Shown: piece after piece, positions 18,206 through 29,761 of the stretch
Layout: every line of letters begins with the position of its first letter
How positions within the stretch are numbered: the first letter of the stretch is position 1
Assembly: GCA_963744145.1 (NCBI GenBank)
Contig: CAVUSO010000001.1
Coordinates: forward strand, 896,001-960,000
DNA length: 64,000 nt
Source of the DNA: an uncultured cyanobacterium
GTDB lineage: Bacteria > Cyanobacteriota > Cyanobacteriia > Cyanobacteriales > CAWUOF01
Direction: 5' to 3'
The notes under the pieces: model-generated
What the model saw: only the letters and a program-made list of their open reading frames with translations
Database searches by the model: none
Told to the model about the DNA's origin: nothing
Program-made: the position numbers and the translations under genes

Positions 18206-20416
18206 TCAATTTTTCCCAAAGTTACTTTTCTTTTGGATTCTGTCGTTACTATGAGACGGTGCTGGAGATTTCAACGATAAACTGATGCGGTTTAATTTCT
18301 CATTCACTTCAATAACTCGGACTTTAACCACCTGTCCCACCTTAACAATTTTTTTCGGATCTTCAACAAAGCGATCGGACATTTGCGAAATATGGACTAA
18401 CCCGTCCTGATGGACACCAATATCAACAAAAGCACCAAAATTAGCAACATTGGTGACAACTCCTTCCAATTCCATCCCGACTTTCACATCCGTGATTTCC
18501 TTAATACCGACTGTAAAAGTAGCATACTTAAATTGAGCGCGAGGATCTCTTCCTGGTTTTTCTAATTCAGCGATAATATCACGCAGGGTTAGTTCTCCCA
18601 CTTGCTCAGTCACATATTTTTTGAGGTTGACTGACTTGAGTTGAGTCCCAACTTGAACAATCTGTGCTAAGGGAATAGCTAAATCCTTAGCGATCGCTTC
18701 TACCACAAAATAGCTTTCTGGATGTACAGCAGTATTATCAAGGGGATGATTACCACCACGAATTCTCAGAAAACCTGCTGCTTGCTCGAAGGATTTTGGA
18801 CCTAATTTGGGTACTTTGAGCAATTCACGACGATTTTTAAAAGCCCCGTTTTCATTACGATAGGTAATAATATTTTTAGCAATATTAGCACTCATCCCCG
18901 CGACAAAAGTTAGTAATTCTTTAGAAGCAGTATTCAAATCTACCCCCACATAATTAACACAACTTTCGACAGTTTCATCCAGTTTCTTTTTCAAGAGTTT
19001 TTGATCCACATCATGCTGATATTGTCCCACACCAATTGATTTTGGATCGATTTTGACCAGTTCTGCTAAAGGATCTTGTAAACGTCTTCCAATACTAATT
19101 GCTCCTCGAACAGTAATATCCAGATTAGGAAACTCCGCGATCGCAACATCAGAAGCTGAATAAATCGAAGCACCTGACTCATTAACAATTACTTTAATTG
19201 GTTGACGATTTAAGGTAGTCAGCACTTCACCAATAAATTCATCTGTCTCACGGGAAGCAGTACCATTACCAATTGCAATTAACTCGATCTGATATTTTTC
19301 TACTAATTTCTGAATTGTCTGAGCAGCTTGCTGACGTTGGGTGGTAGATTGGTGGGGAAAGATTGCTTGATATTCTAAAAATTGCCCGGTTTCATCTAAA
19401 ACTGCGACTTTACAACCTGTCCGAAAACCCGGATCGATCGCTAAGGTTGGTTTCATTCCTGCTGGTGGTGATAGTAACAGTTCGCGTAAATTACTTTCAA
19501 AAGTTTTAATAGATTCTAGATCAGCGAATGCTTTCCGATCGGCTCGAACTGCGGTAATTAAAGAATTTTTGATTAACCGATTAAAACTATCTTTCAACAT
19601 CCCTCGATAAAAGTCTCGCACCACTGGAATTTTGGTTTTAATCTCCTGAGATTCCAAGTAAGATATTACTATTGACTCATCAAAAGAAAGCTCTAAATTC
19701 AGAATTCCCTCTTCTTCACCTCTCAAAATTGCTAGTAAGTTGTGAGGAGCGATATTTTTCACAGCAACTTGAAAATTGCGATACATCTCAAATTTAGTGC
19801 TTCCTTCCGGATAATCATCTTTAATCCGGGCAACAAATACTCCTTCTTTTAGGAAAAAATCTCGCAAAAAAGCCCGTAAATTAGATTTTTCTGATACTTC
19901 TTCTGCTAAAATATCTGCGGCACCTTTGAGAGCATCTTCCGCACTATTAACTCCTTTTTCCTCTGCAATATATTGACTAGCTAATGGTTCTAGTAAGATT
20001 GGAACTGCATCAGGAACATTCAGAGACTTAATCATTTCTGCTAGTGGTTCTAAACCTTTTTCTCTAGCAATAGTTGCGCGAGTGCGTCGTTTTGGTTTAT
20101 AAGGTAAATAAAGGTCTTCCAGCTCATTTTTTTGGTGACAAGATTCAATTTTATCCTGAAGTTCCTCCGTCAGTTTTCCCAGGGACGCGATCGCATTTTT
20201 AATCGTTGTTTTCCGTTCTTCTAATTCACTCAAATAGGTAAATCGTTCCGCAATATTTCGTAATTGAATTTCATCAAGTCCATTGGTTCGTTCTTTTCGG
20301 TAACGAGCAATAAACGGAATAGTTGCACCCTCGGTAAATAATTCTAAAGCATTCTGTACCTGGGTCAGATAAAGAGAAAGTTCTTGAGCAATCAATTGGG
20401 GAATATTTAGAGTCAT
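18206..20416 (-). CDS. tex: Tex family RNA-binding transcriptional accessory protein
   Basis: ATIPFIARYRKE, DPGFRTGCK, IGVGQYQHD, C-terminal S1 domain. Confidence 0.93.
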   Translation of the reverse strand: MTLNIPQLIAQELSLYLTQVQNALELFTEGATIPFIARYRKERTNGLDEIQLRNIAERFTYLSELEERKTTIKNAIASLGKLTEELQDKIESCHQKNELEDLYLPYKPKRRTRATIAREKGLEPLAEMIKSLNVPDAVPILLEPLASQYIAEEKGVNSAEDALKGAADILAEEVSEKSNLRAFLRDFFLKEGVFVARIKDDYPEGSTKFEMYRNFQVAVKNIAPHNLLAILRGEEEGILNLELSFDESIVISYLESQEIKTKIPVVRDFYRGMLKDSFNRLIKNSLITAVRADRKAFADLESIKTFESNLRELLLSPPAGMKPTLAIDPGFRTGCKVAVLDETGQFLEYQAIFPHQSTTQRQQAAQTIQKLVEKYQIELIAIGNGTASRETDEFIGEVLTTLNRQPIKVIVNESGASIYSASDVAIAEFPNLDITVRGAISIGRRLQDPLAELVKIDPKSIGVGQYQHDVDQKLLKKKLDETVESCVNYVGVDLNTASKELLTFVAGMSANIAKNIITYRNENGAFKNRRELLKVPKLGPKSFEQAAGFLRIRGGNHPLDNTAVHPESYFVVEAIAKDLAIPLAQIVQVGTQLKSVNLKKYVTEQVGELTLRDIIAELEKPGRDPRAQFKYATFTVGIKEITDVKVGMELEGVVTNVANFGAFVDIGVHQDGLVHISQMSDRFVEDPKKIVKVGQVVKVRVIEVNEKLNRISLSLKSPAPSHSNDRIQKKSNFGKN

Positions 20417-20423
20417 AACTATT

Positions 20424-22559
20424 TTATTGGAGACAAAAAGGATAAGTTAACCCAGCAGAATGGTAAGGATTCTGAACTATTAATACTACCTGACCTTGAG
20501 CATTTAATTTCCATCCTTGAGCTTCGATAATTTTAGTAGGAAGAGTAGATAATTTTGGTTGGTCTTTAGTTGGGATAACTTCTGACTGAGCGATCGCACC
20601 CCAATTTACCAAGATCGACTCACTATTGAGGAAATTTTCTGGAGGAGAAGGTAATCCTCCCTTACCAACCAGGGAAAAACTATTTCCTTCTTGTAAAGCT
20701 CGACAACGAGGAGTAATCAGATTGCTCGTATTGATCACAACCGGAGGAGAAACGTCAGGAGTTGGTACATCCACCACCCCTTCCACCTTAGTTGAACCAC
20801 TAGCAGTAATTTCACTATCACTAGAGAGAAAAAATCCTTGAGTATTCAACTGAATATTAGCACCAAGACCACCCAGAGCATTAGCGACAAGTTCGCTGTT
20901 TTCCAGAGCTACAAATGTAGTGGTATCAATATTGATATTACCTTCTAATGCTGTACTGAGAGAATAAGCATAAGCATGAGCATGATGACGTAGCTGTAAA
21001 TTTTGCGATCGCACATTAATATTTCCTCCTTGACCATTTTGCGATAGCGCCGAAATGATAACATTATCATCAAACAAAATGTTATGACCGGTCAGAAATA
21101 TATTACCAGCTTTACCTGAACCTGTACTAGCAACACTCACTACTGCACCATCACGCACCACTAATTTATCTGTAGTAACTTCCAGATTACCTGCTGTTGC
21201 TGTTTCTCCACTGGTCGCAAATAACCCACTGATAAATTTTCCATCAGCAGATTGACCAATGACCTGGACTGAATCAGTAGCATTGATATTTAAAGTTCCT
21301 GCTGTACCTTCACTAAATGCACCAACGATAATCTCTGCTCCATCTCGGACAAGTAACTGTTTAGTTTTAATACTTAAATCACCGCTTTTTCCTGAACCAC
21401 TATTACTATTAATCAAAGCAGTAGTATTTTCACCATTAGCAGCAGCACCAATTAACTGGACTGAATCTGTAGCATTTATGGTTAAATTTCCTCCTGCTCC
21501 CGATCCCGAAGTTCCAGTAACAATCTCTGCTCCACCCGAGAGTAATAATTTCCCAGTTTGAATCTGTAAATTTCCCGCGTTACCGCTTCCATCAGTTCCT
21601 GATAAAAAAATGGAAGGATTCAAACCATCCCTAGATGTACCAATTACTTGGATCGAATTAGTAGCATTAATTTTTAAACTTCCTCCTGCTCCTGTTGCTT
21701 CAACTTCGGAACCATCGGTCAGACTCAAAGTTTTACTTTGAATCGCAATTTCACCACCCCGATCGCTACTGGTATTAACTTTAGCACTACTACTTAATTG
21801 GATATTACCAAAGGTGGAGAGATTGGGATAACTGATTTCCCATCCCGTTGTGATTGGTGTTAAGCTAATCAGATCAGGACTTTGAACACTTCCTAGCTCA
21901 ATTCTTCCTCCGGGTGCAGTTAGCTGACCACTTGGAAGGATCACATCTCCACCTAGTAGAGCTAAGGTTTTCCCCGATGGTACTCCTAATCCTACTACTA
22001 CTCCATTACTATTTGTCGCGATCGATTGGTTGATAATACTCCCTGGATTAGTCCCCAATTGTAATCCGATCGGCATATTTATACTTAGTAAGGGTGGATT
22101 TTCTGGTTGAGTAGCGCTGAATGTTACCCCATCTCCAAATTTGAGACTATTTGCGGTACTTGCTAGGAATGACCCACCAATATTTAGTTGGGCATTAGGT
22201 CCAAAAACTATTCCACTAGGATTGAGTAAAAATAAGTTTGCAGTCCCATTAGTTTGAACTAAACCATCAATATGGGAAGTTAATCCACCTGTAATCCGGG
22301 TAATAATGTTTTGGATTTGTGGAGAATTGTTGAAAAAAGCTGTACTCCCAGAAGAAAGGGAAAATTGACTAAAGCTATGAAATAAGTTAGTCCCTGCTTG
22401 AGTACCACCTTGAATTAAACTGGTGTTACCTTGTTGGGTAATTACTGAATTGATGGGGAGCGTAGTATCTGGGACAATTTGCGCGATCGCTGGTAGCTGT
22501 GCGATCGCAAATAGTAAAGTCCCACCTAAATGCCATTTCTTGAAAAAGCAGGGTTTCAT
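20424..22559 (-). CDS. Filamentous haemagglutinin family (TPS-domain) exoprotein
   Basis: AQIVPDTTL, NLFHSFSQF, NPSGIVFG, IIEAQGW. Confidence 0.9.
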   Translation of the reverse strand: MKPCFFKKWHLGGTLLFAIAQLPAIAQIVPDTTLPINSVITQQGNTSLIQGGTQAGTNLFHSFSQFSLSSGSTAFFNNSPQIQNIITRITGGLTSHIDGLVQTNGTANLFLLNPSGIVFGPNAQLNIGGSFLASTANSLKFGDGVTFSATQPENPPLLSINMPIGLQLGTNPGSIINQSIATNSNGVVVGLGVPSGKTLALLGGDVILPSGQLTAPGGRIELGSVQSPDLISLTPITTGWEISYPNLSTFGNIQLSSSAKVNTSSDRGGEIAIQSKTLSLTDGSEVEATGAGGSLKINATNSIQVIGTSRDGLNPSIFLSGTDGSGNAGNLQIQTGKLLLSGGAEIVTGTSGSGAGGNLTINATDSVQLIGAAANGENTTALINSNSGSGKSGDLSIKTKQLLVRDGAEIIVGAFSEGTAGTLNINATDSVQVIGQSADGKFISGLFATSGETATAGNLEVTTDKLVVRDGAVVSVASTGSGKAGNIFLTGHNILFDDNVIISALSQNGQGGNINVRSQNLQLRHHAHAYAYSLSTALEGNINIDTTTFVALENSELVANALGGLGANIQLNTQGFFLSSDSEITASGSTKVEGVVDVPTPDVSPPVVINTSNLITPRCRALQEGNSFSLVGKGGLPSPPENFLNSESILVNWGAIAQSEVIPTKDQPKLSTLPTKIIEAQGWKLNAQGQVVLIVQNPYHSAGLTYPFCLQ

Positions 22560-22743
22560 TATTATTTACATTTATCCCAATGGCTTTATTTGGTTATAGC
22601 ATTACCTAGATTATGTAGTGACATGAAAAAAGTATTAAACTTGGATCACAATTTTATCATATCACTACTTTTTTACTACGTTTAAGCTGGGTTGATTTTT
22701 AGCCGGAATTGGATGGGTAAGATTGGACAATTGCTAGATATTT

Positions 22744-23361
22744 TTAAGCGATCGCAGCTTTTTTACTTTCCTTTCCTTCTCCATTTTTGTCAGAATTTAT
22801 TTTAGCTAAATCTTTGGTCACTGGGACAATAGCGATTGGTTTAAGTAATTCCCAAGCTTCTTTAGCATCAGGTTCTAAAGCATCATATTCAACTTTAGCA
22901 CTTGCTAAATCTTCTAAAGCTTTAGAAAAAGATTTGTTTTGAATTTTTTCTTGCTCTTCGCTGGTTAATCTCTCGGGTTTAAAGAGAGCATCAATTAAAG
23001 GTAGATACTCTTGAAAATTTTCTTGATTTTTCTGAAGTTCCCTTCTAGCTTGAGCTAATTGAGCAATTTTTTTAGCTGCAATCTCTAGGGGTTGTAATTC
23101 CCGATTGACACTACTGAATTTAGGATAGTCAACCAGAATTAAATCATCAATCCCTAACCCATCAGGAAAACTGTCTTCACCTAACTCATCTTCCTCATCA
23201 ATTCTTCTTCTTACTTCATCTAAAGCTCTCTGACGTGATATTTCATTATCTTGGGGACTTTCTACTTCAATCAATAATCCCGGATGATCTTTGACTGTGT
23301 ATTGGACGGTTTTCTTTTTTCTACCCATAATGACTCTCCTTTGATAGCATTTTGCTATCAA
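22744..23361 (-). CDS. Hypothetical protein (probably starts at the MGRKKK Met)
   Basis: 205-aa ORF with a charged helical composition. Confidence 0.6.
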   Translation of the reverse strand: MIAKCYQRRVIMGRKKKTVQYTVKDHPGLLIEVESPQDNEISRQRALDEVRRRIDEEDELGEDSFPDGLGIDDLILVDYPKFSSVNRELQPLEIAAKKIAQLAQARRELQKNQENFQEYLPLIDALFKPERLTSEEQEKIQNKSFSKALEDLASAKVEYDALEPDAKEAWELLKPIAIVPVTKDLAKINSDKNGEGKESKKAAIA

Positions 23362-23501
23362 TCTTCTTCTAATTATATTATACTTTTTTTTGAGGATTAT
23401 TTGCTCAATTTAACTAAATATTAGGAATTGAAGGGAAAAATATCACCTTGATTTAATCAGGGTTTTCCCCAACTATTGATCGCGATCGGTGACTTATGTA
23501 A

Positions 23502-25913
23502 CTAAATTAGCTCAGGAAGATCACAGGAATCAGTCACCGATACTGGTAAACGAACTGTAAAAATCGATCCTTTACCTACTTCACTTTCTAAGGAAATATC
23601 ACCTTTCATCATTTGACAGAAACGATGACTAATTGCTAATCCTAATCCTGTCCCACCATATTTACGAGTAATGCTCGGATCAGCTTGAGTAAAAGCATTA
23701 AAAATATGTTGTTGCTGTTCTAAGGTAATTCCAATTCCCGTGTCACGAACTTGAAAGACAAACATGGATTCGGCAATTTCTACCGATAAAGTAATTTTAC
23801 CTTCTTCTGTAAATTTAGCAGCATTACTTAATAAATTGAGGAGAATTTGCCGGACTTTAGTTAAGTCAGAGTGCATTAAACCAATGGGTCGATTACAGTC
23901 TACTTGTAAAGAATTTTTTTGGTTCTTAACTAATGGTATTGCGGTGGTAACAACTTCAGAAATTAAATCAGCGACTTCAAAGGTTTCCAGATATAACTTC
24001 ATCCGTCCTGTTTCAATTTTCGAGATATCAAGAATATCATTAATTAAAGCCAAAAGATGTTTACCAGCAGTAGAAATTTTGGCTAAATCCGGGAGAAATT
24101 CTTGATTACCTGAATCGCGGATTTCTTCCGTCAGAATTTCACTATAACCGATAATTGCATTTAAGGGAGTACGCAGTTCGTGACTCATATTCGCTAAAAA
24201 GGTACTCTTCGAGCGACTAGCAGCTTCTGCTGCTTCTTTAGATTTTTGCAAAGCAACTTCAGTGATTTTCTGTTCAGTAATATTCCGCACTACTGATAAA
24301 CTAATTCGCTGATCACAGGGATCAGTAGTAGCTATACAATTAAGTAAAACATCAATAATTTTACCATCTTTTCTAATATATTGATAAGCCGCATCCTTAG
24401 CATAACCATCACACCATAATTTGGGGAAAATAGTTGACCAAAATCGCGATCGCGATTCAGGTGTCATCACAATATCAGCTTTCTGACCAATTATTTCTTC
24501 CCGAACATAACCAGTTTCTTCTAACCATTTGCTATTCACATTACAGATATAACCATTTTCATCAATGGAGTGCATCATCACTGGTGAATTTTCATAAATA
24601 TGTCGAAACTTTGCATCACTGTCCCTTAAAGCTTTTTCCGTTCGAGCACAGGAAGTCATTTCTTTTTGTAAATCTTGCAGAGCTTGACGAAGTTCCGAAG
24701 TCCGTTCTTCCACCCGTCGTTCTAATTCTTCATTTGCTTGTCGGAGTGCTTCTTCTGCTCGTTTGCGATCGGTAATATCACGTCCAATACATAGGATACT
24801 AATCACTTCCCCAGCTTCATTCCGGAGAGCTTTATTCATCCAGGATAACCAGAACCTTTTACCGTTACGATGGATATGTTCATTTTCGGTATATTTATCA
24901 GGATTTTTGAGAATTTCTTGAAACATTAGATGTGGATCATTTCCCAGAGCATCAATTGGTGATAGAATAGTGCCAAAAATATCTTCACCGAGCATTTCTG
25001 CTTGGGTGTAACCAAAAAATTGTTGAGCAAATTCATTAAAAAAGGTAATATGACCTTGCCGATCTAACCGCAGAATGATACTATTAGCATTCTCCACCAA
25101 TTCTCGATACTTAGTTTCGCTTTCTAATAGAGCTGCTGCTGCTTCCTGACGTTCGGTAATATCATCGTAAGTACAAAGAGTTCCGACCACATTGCCGATC
25201 GCATCATGGAGGGGAATTTTATTAGCTTCGAGCCAAACATTTTTGCCATTTGGTAAACAAACTTGCTCAATAATCCGATATTTTGGTGTATCGGTTTCCA
25301 TTACCTCATGGTCAAATTTTTGGAAAAAATCCGCTTGATTTTTGATTCCCAATGGTTCAAAATCTGTCAATCCCACAATTTCTGTCGGAGATGTTAACCC
25401 CAGATCAAGTGCCATTTTTTGATTACAACCTTGATAAACTGAGTTTCGATCTTTCCAAAAGATTGCTTGAGGGATATTATCCATTACCAATCTAAGCATC
25501 TGTTGAGATGAACGTAATTCTTCTTCAATTTTTCTCCGTTCAGTTATATCTCGACCGACACAATAGGTAAATTCAGATCCTTGTTGCAAAATTAACCAAC
25601 ATAACCAACGATAACTACCATTTTGGTGATAGTAGCGAATTTCACAGGGGATTTCTGTTTCTCCCAATTCTAACCAAGCGCAACTTTTGCTGATATCATC
25701 AGGATGGATTAATTCTTGCCAATATTTCGACATTAATTCCGTTCGACTCCAACCTAGATTGTTTGACCAGGTGGAATTAATTTCTTGAAAAGAACCATCA
25801 TTTCGGAGGATACAAAATAAATAGGGAGACCGATGAAAAAATATATTTAATTCAGTTTGAGCGATCGCTTTGTCCGGAACTAGTTCTTGGTTGATCTTTA
25901 ATAAGCTATCCAT
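23502..25913 (-). CDS. Multi-PAS sensor histidine kinase
   Basis: Four PAS/PAC repeats (DITER), H-box [11 protein letters not shown] boxes, GGTGLGL. Confidence 0.93.
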   Translation of the reverse strand: MDSLLKINQELVPDKAIAQTELNIFFHRSPYLFCILRNDGSFQEINSTWSNNLGWSRTELMSKYWQELIHPDDISKSCAWLELGETEIPCEIRYYHQNGSYRWLCWLILQQGSEFTYCVGRDITERRKIEEELRSSQQMLRLVMDNIPQAIFWKDRNSVYQGCNQKMALDLGLTSPTEIVGLTDFEPLGIKNQADFFQKFDHEVMETDTPKYRIIEQVCLPNGKNVWLEANKIPLHDAIGNVVGTLCTYDDITERQEAAAALLESETKYRELVENANSIILRLDRQGHITFFNEFAQQFFGYTQAEMLGEDIFGTILSPIDALGNDPHLMFQEILKNPDKYTENEHIHRNGKRFWLSWMNKALRNEAGEVISILCIGRDITDRKRAEEALRQANEELERRVEERTSELRQALQDLQKEMTSCARTEKALRDSDAKFRHIYENSPVMMHSIDENGYICNVNSKWLEETGYVREEIIGQKADIVMTPESRSRFWSTIFPKLWCDGYAKDAAYQYIRKDGKIIDVLLNCIATTDPCDQRISLSVVRNITEQKITEVALQKSKEAAEAASRSKSTFLANMSHELRTPLNAIIGYSEILTEEIRDSGNQEFLPDLAKISTAGKHLLALINDILDISKIETGRMKLYLETFEVADLISEVVTTAIPLVKNQKNSLQVDCNRPIGLMHSDLTKVRQILLNLLSNAAKFTEEGKITLSVEIAESMFVFQVRDTGIGITLEQQQHIFNAFTQADPSITRKYGGTGLGLAISHRFCQMMKGDISLESEVGKGSIFTVRLPVSVTDSCDLPELI

Positions 25914-26032
25914 CAGATTGATTCCAAATCAGCTTGCAACAATTATGAACATTTCATAAGTAAAAGTAATGAGTAATCGGGTAATCTCTTGCGCTCTTAC
26001 CCATTACTCATTACTGATCACAATCGGAAATT

Positions 26033-26392
26033 TTATTCTTTTCTTTCAATGACTACGGTTAAATGAGCAACTAATGCACCAATTGCTCCTAGTGCTGCTA
26101 CCACTGGGAACAATAAAGTTCCTACTACTCCACCGACTACACCGACAGTGAAAGGAATTTCAATCAGGATCTGTCCTTCTTCATCTTTGACGATAATCCG
26201 ACGGATATTACCTTGATGAATCAGTTCTTTAACTTTGCTGACTAAAGCATCACCATTAATGCTAAATTCTTCTACACTTACTTGATTCGTAGTCTGAACC
26301 TCTGATTCTGTCACAGATGTTTCCGTTGTGCTGGTGGGAGTGGTCGATTGCGCTTCACCACTGGTTGTTTGATTTTCAACCGGATCGATCAT
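26033..26392 (-). CDS. DUF4342 domain protein
   Basis: VKELIHQGNIRRIIVK...EIP followed by a Gly-rich hydrophobic tail. Confidence 0.8.
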   Translation of the reverse strand: MIDPVENQTTSGEAQSTTPTSTTETSVTESEVQTTNQVSVEEFSINGDALVSKVKELIHQGNIRRIIVKDEEGQILIEIPFTVGVVGGVVGTLLFPVVAALGAIGALVAHLTVVIERKE

Positions 26393-26517
26393 ATTATTCT
26401 CCTCTGTTTACCCGATGATTTTTATGGACATCAAAATTAATTGGGGAAATTCAGAATTTCCAGGATAGGGAGGACAAATTGGGACTATTTCCCAGGATTT
26501 GAGTTTATATCTAAATT

Positions 26518-27492
26518 TTATTCTTTTCGTTGAGTCAGCGTCTTAACGACCCACTCAATCACATTGTGACCTAAGCGAGTACCATTGAACAGATCAATTT
26601 CTCGGACACAAGTAGGACTGGTAACATTAACTTCAGTCAGGTAGTTACCAATAATATCAATCCCGACAAACCACAATCCATCTGCTCTCAGCTTGGGTGC
26701 TAATTCGCTACATAAACGCTGATCTTGGGGTGTAATTTCAGCAGGAGCGACATTACCACCCACAGCCATATTATTGCGAAATTCATTTCCAGCAGACAGC
26801 CGATTTACCGCACCAATGGGTTCACCATCGAGTAAGATAATTCGTTTATCCCCTGCTTTAGCTTCCGGGAGATAGGTTTGGACCATGACTGGATCGCTTC
26901 CTCGGGTACTAATTTCCATCAAGGAGTTGAGATTGCGATCGCCCGCTTCTAGGTATAAAATCCCTTCCCCCGCTTTTCCTCCCAAGGGTTTGAGGATAGC
27001 TGCACCTTGTTTATGCACAAATTCCCTAATTACTGACTTCTCCTGAGAGACAATAGTTTCGGGAATTACCTGAGTAAACTGTAACGCATACATTTTTTCA
27101 TTAGCCGCTCGCAATCCTTTTGGAGCATTAACTACCAAAGTTTTGGTCGGATCAACATAGTCGAGAATGTAGGTAGAGTAAAGATAGGGCACATTTACTG
27201 GTGGATCGGTACGCATAAAGACCGCATCCATTGCTTCTAAGGGTTTAAAGACGCGATCGCCAAGGACATACCAAGGATTAGCTGCAATCCATTTTCCCTG
27301 TTGCAATTGGACTGGTGTTAGATGAACTTGCTGGATAGTAGCCCAAGCTTTACTCTCGACTACACTCAGGTGCTTAATTTCAGTTATCCAAACTTCATGT
27401 CCTAGTTCCCCTGCTGCTTCCATGAACGCCACACTGGTATCATGACAGGGATTGAGTTGGTGAATCGGATCGATGATAAATGCAAATTTCAC
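26518..27492 (-). CDS. gshB: Glutathione synthetase
   Basis: FIIDPI, MRTDPP, NEK, GDKRI, TEVNVTSPT; GTG start inferred. Confidence 0.95.
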   Translation of the reverse strand: MKFAFIIDPIHQLNPCHDTSVAFMEAAGELGHEVWITEIKHLSVVESKAWATIQQVHLTPVQLQQGKWIAANPWYVLGDRVFKPLEAMDAVFMRTDPPVNVPYLYSTYILDYVDPTKTLVVNAPKGLRAANEKMYALQFTQVIPETIVSQEKSVIREFVHKQGAAILKPLGGKAGEGILYLEAGDRNLNSLMEISTRGSDPVMVQTYLPEAKAGDKRIILLDGEPIGAVNRLSAGNEFRNNMAVGGNVAPAEITPQDQRLCSELAPKLRADGLWFVGIDIIGNYLTEVNVTSPTCVREIDLFNGTRLGHNVIEWVVKTLTQRKE

Positions 27493-27499
27493 GCTTAAA

Positions 27500-27757
27500 T
27501 TACCCCAGGAGTGCATCGAGCTGTTTTTGAGCATTTAGTTGATAGATATCATCACAACCTCCAATGTGTTGATCATTAATAAATATCTGGGGTAAAGAAC
27601 GCCGACCATTAGCTCTCTTGGCCATTTCATTTCGGGCTAGCTCATCACCATCAATGCTATATTCGGTAAATTGAATGCCTTTACTGCGAAGCAATTCTTT
27701 GGCACGAATGCAAAATGGACAGGTTTTCCATGTGTAAATTTCAACTTTAGCGGTCAT
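27500..27757 (-). CDS. grxC: Glutaredoxin 3
   Basis: CPFC, PQIFI, GGCDD. Confidence 0.95.
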   Translation of the reverse strand: MTAKVEIYTWKTCPFCIRAKELLRSKGIQFTEYSIDGDELARNEMAKRANGRRSLPQIFINDQHIGGCDDIYQLNAQKQLDALLG

Positions 27758-27843
27758 AAAAATTTCTGCAAATGTTACGGCACTTGTCTAATTATGAACT
27801 ATTTTTATTAGACCTCAACCCAAGGTCATGTTAATCAATTGAT

Positions 27844-27911
27844 CAGGACAGACAAGATGTCTGTCCCACCAGAAAAAAAGACTCTTGTGGGACAGTCATC
27901 TTGACTGTCCT
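27844..27911. repeat. Inverted REP doublet
   Basis: GGACAGACAAGATGTCTGTCCCAC ... GTGGGACAGTCATCTTGACTGTCC. Confidence 0.7.
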
Positions 27912-27933
27912 AGTTATTTTGGTAAGATTTTTG

Positions 27934-29667
27934 TTAAGATGAAACAGCATAGTGAATTAGCTGCGCCATTCGTAACCGCAGCGTTTCCAAACCTAAACTA
28001 TGCACAGCAGAAACAAATACAGCGATCGGAAACTCTTCCCGAGCTAGGGCCAAAGTATCGCCATTTACTTGATCAATTTTATTAAAGACAATTAGAGCCG
28101 GACCCGGAGTCACGGGCATTTGGGCTAGAATAGACATCACAGCACGAATCTGACTTTGCCAAGCTGGATGGGAAAGATCAACTAAATGCAATAAAGCATC
28201 AGCTTCAGTAACTTCCTCTAAAGTAGCGCGAAAAGCATCAATCAATGAGGGTGGTAGTTCGTGAATAAAACCTACTGTGTCAGTGATGACAATTGACCGA
28301 GACTTACCAGTAGCAGGATCGGGAACGACGAGACGACGACTGGTCGGATCAAGAGTAGCAAATAATTGGTCTGCTGTATAGACTTCCGAATTAGTGAGAG
28401 CATTTAAGAGGGTGGATTTACCCGCATTGGTATAACCGACAATCGCAATGGAAGCAACCTCATGATGTTGTCGGTTTTGTCGCAATCTGGCTCGATGAGC
28501 TTGGAGTTGGTTAACTTCTTCCTGCAAACGAGCGATCCGACGTTGAATAGCTCGACGTTCAGTTTCTAGTTTAGTTTCACCCGGACCTCTAGTCCCAATT
28601 CCACCCCCCAACCGAGACATCGCTTGTCCTCGACCAGTTAAACGAGGTAACATATATTCTAATTGAGCGAGTTCAACCTGCAATTTACCTGCACCAGATT
28701 GGGCTCGTTGGGCAAAAATATCTAAAATTACTTCCGTGCGATCGATCACTCTGATCCCGATTTGGGTTTCCAGATTCCGAACTTGAGCTGGGGAAAGATC
28801 GCGATCGAACACAATTAAATTCGCTCCAACGGTTTGAGCAGTCAGAGCTATTTCTTGAACTTTACCTTCACCGACAACAGTTTGGGGATGGGGTTTAGGT
28901 CGTTTTTGTCGGACAGTTTGGAGGACAACTCCCCCAGCAGTATCAACTAATCGAGCTAGTTCTGCTAATCCATCTTGAAATTCTAAAGCTGTCATGCGAT
29001 CGGTCATTAATCCCACTAACAGCACTTTATCTTGGTCAGATTCAACGGTCTGAGCGACAAATTCGCGCTGAAATTCTGTTTCGAGTGCTTCGACTAGCTC
29101 TAGGAAATCTTGGTTAACCAGTCCGTCCAAATTGAGAGGTGGGGAAATTGTCCAATTAGCGATTTCTGGAGTAGAGGAGAGCAGGGGGAGATCCGGGTCA
29201 TGGTCGTGATTAGGTACTAGATGGGCTAAATAAGTTTCTTTGATATAGCCGATCGCACCTCCTCCCCGACGTTCAAATCCTTCACCCGTTAGGTTTAATA
29301 ATACTAACACATCGAGCCGCTGCATGGCCATTGCCGTCAGAGCTGCTTCATTGGGAGGTTCCGGTTTGAGATTGGTACTCAGACAACGAATTCCACTGAG
29401 ACGACCAGAACCATAACGGGGTAATTCTAAGGGGGGGATTTGGGTTTGACGCGGAGTACCCACACCAACCCGGATGACTTGTCCCCGTCGATTAATGTAA
29501 GCACAAATTGGTTGATCGATATCGGTACTGATTGCTGCTAATCGCTGGGCAAATTCAGACGTGGTAATGCGATCGCCCGGTAGGCGCTGATGATATAGTT
29601 TCTGGAGTTGTTTAAGTTGGCTGGACTTTAGCCCTTGTAAGTTGCCGTAGATCGTTTCTATAGACAT
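27934..29667 (-). CDS. hflX: GTPase HflX (long cyanobacterial form)
   Basis: GGGIGTRGPGETKLE, GYTNAGKST, LFATLD, DTVGF, NKID. Confidence 0.96.
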   Translation of the reverse strand: MSIETIYGNLQGLKSSQLKQLQKLYHQRLPGDRITTSEFAQRLAAISTDIDQPICAYINRRGQVIRVGVGTPRQTQIPPLELPRYGSGRLSGIRCLSTNLKPEPPNEAALTAMAMQRLDVLVLLNLTGEGFERRGGGAIGYIKETYLAHLVPNHDHDPDLPLLSSTPEIANWTISPPLNLDGLVNQDFLELVEALETEFQREFVAQTVESDQDKVLLVGLMTDRMTALEFQDGLAELARLVDTAGGVVLQTVRQKRPKPHPQTVVGEGKVQEIALTAQTVGANLIVFDRDLSPAQVRNLETQIGIRVIDRTEVILDIFAQRAQSGAGKLQVELAQLEYMLPRLTGRGQAMSRLGGGIGTRGPGETKLETERRAIQRRIARLQEEVNQLQAHRARLRQNRQHHEVASIAIVGYTNAGKSTLLNALTNSEVYTADQLFATLDPTSRRLVVPDPATGKSRSIVITDTVGFIHELPPSLIDAFRATLEEVTEADALLHLVDLSHPAWQSQIRAVMSILAQMPVTPGPALIVFNKIDQVNGDTLALAREEFPIAVFVSAVHSLGLETLRLRMAQLIHYAVSS

Positions 29668-29761
29668 TTTAAACCAGGTGTCTGGTCCTCGAATACTTAA
29701 GTAGTTTATCTATATTTTAACATGGGACTGAAATTTAGGTGAAAAATATTGAGGATAATCT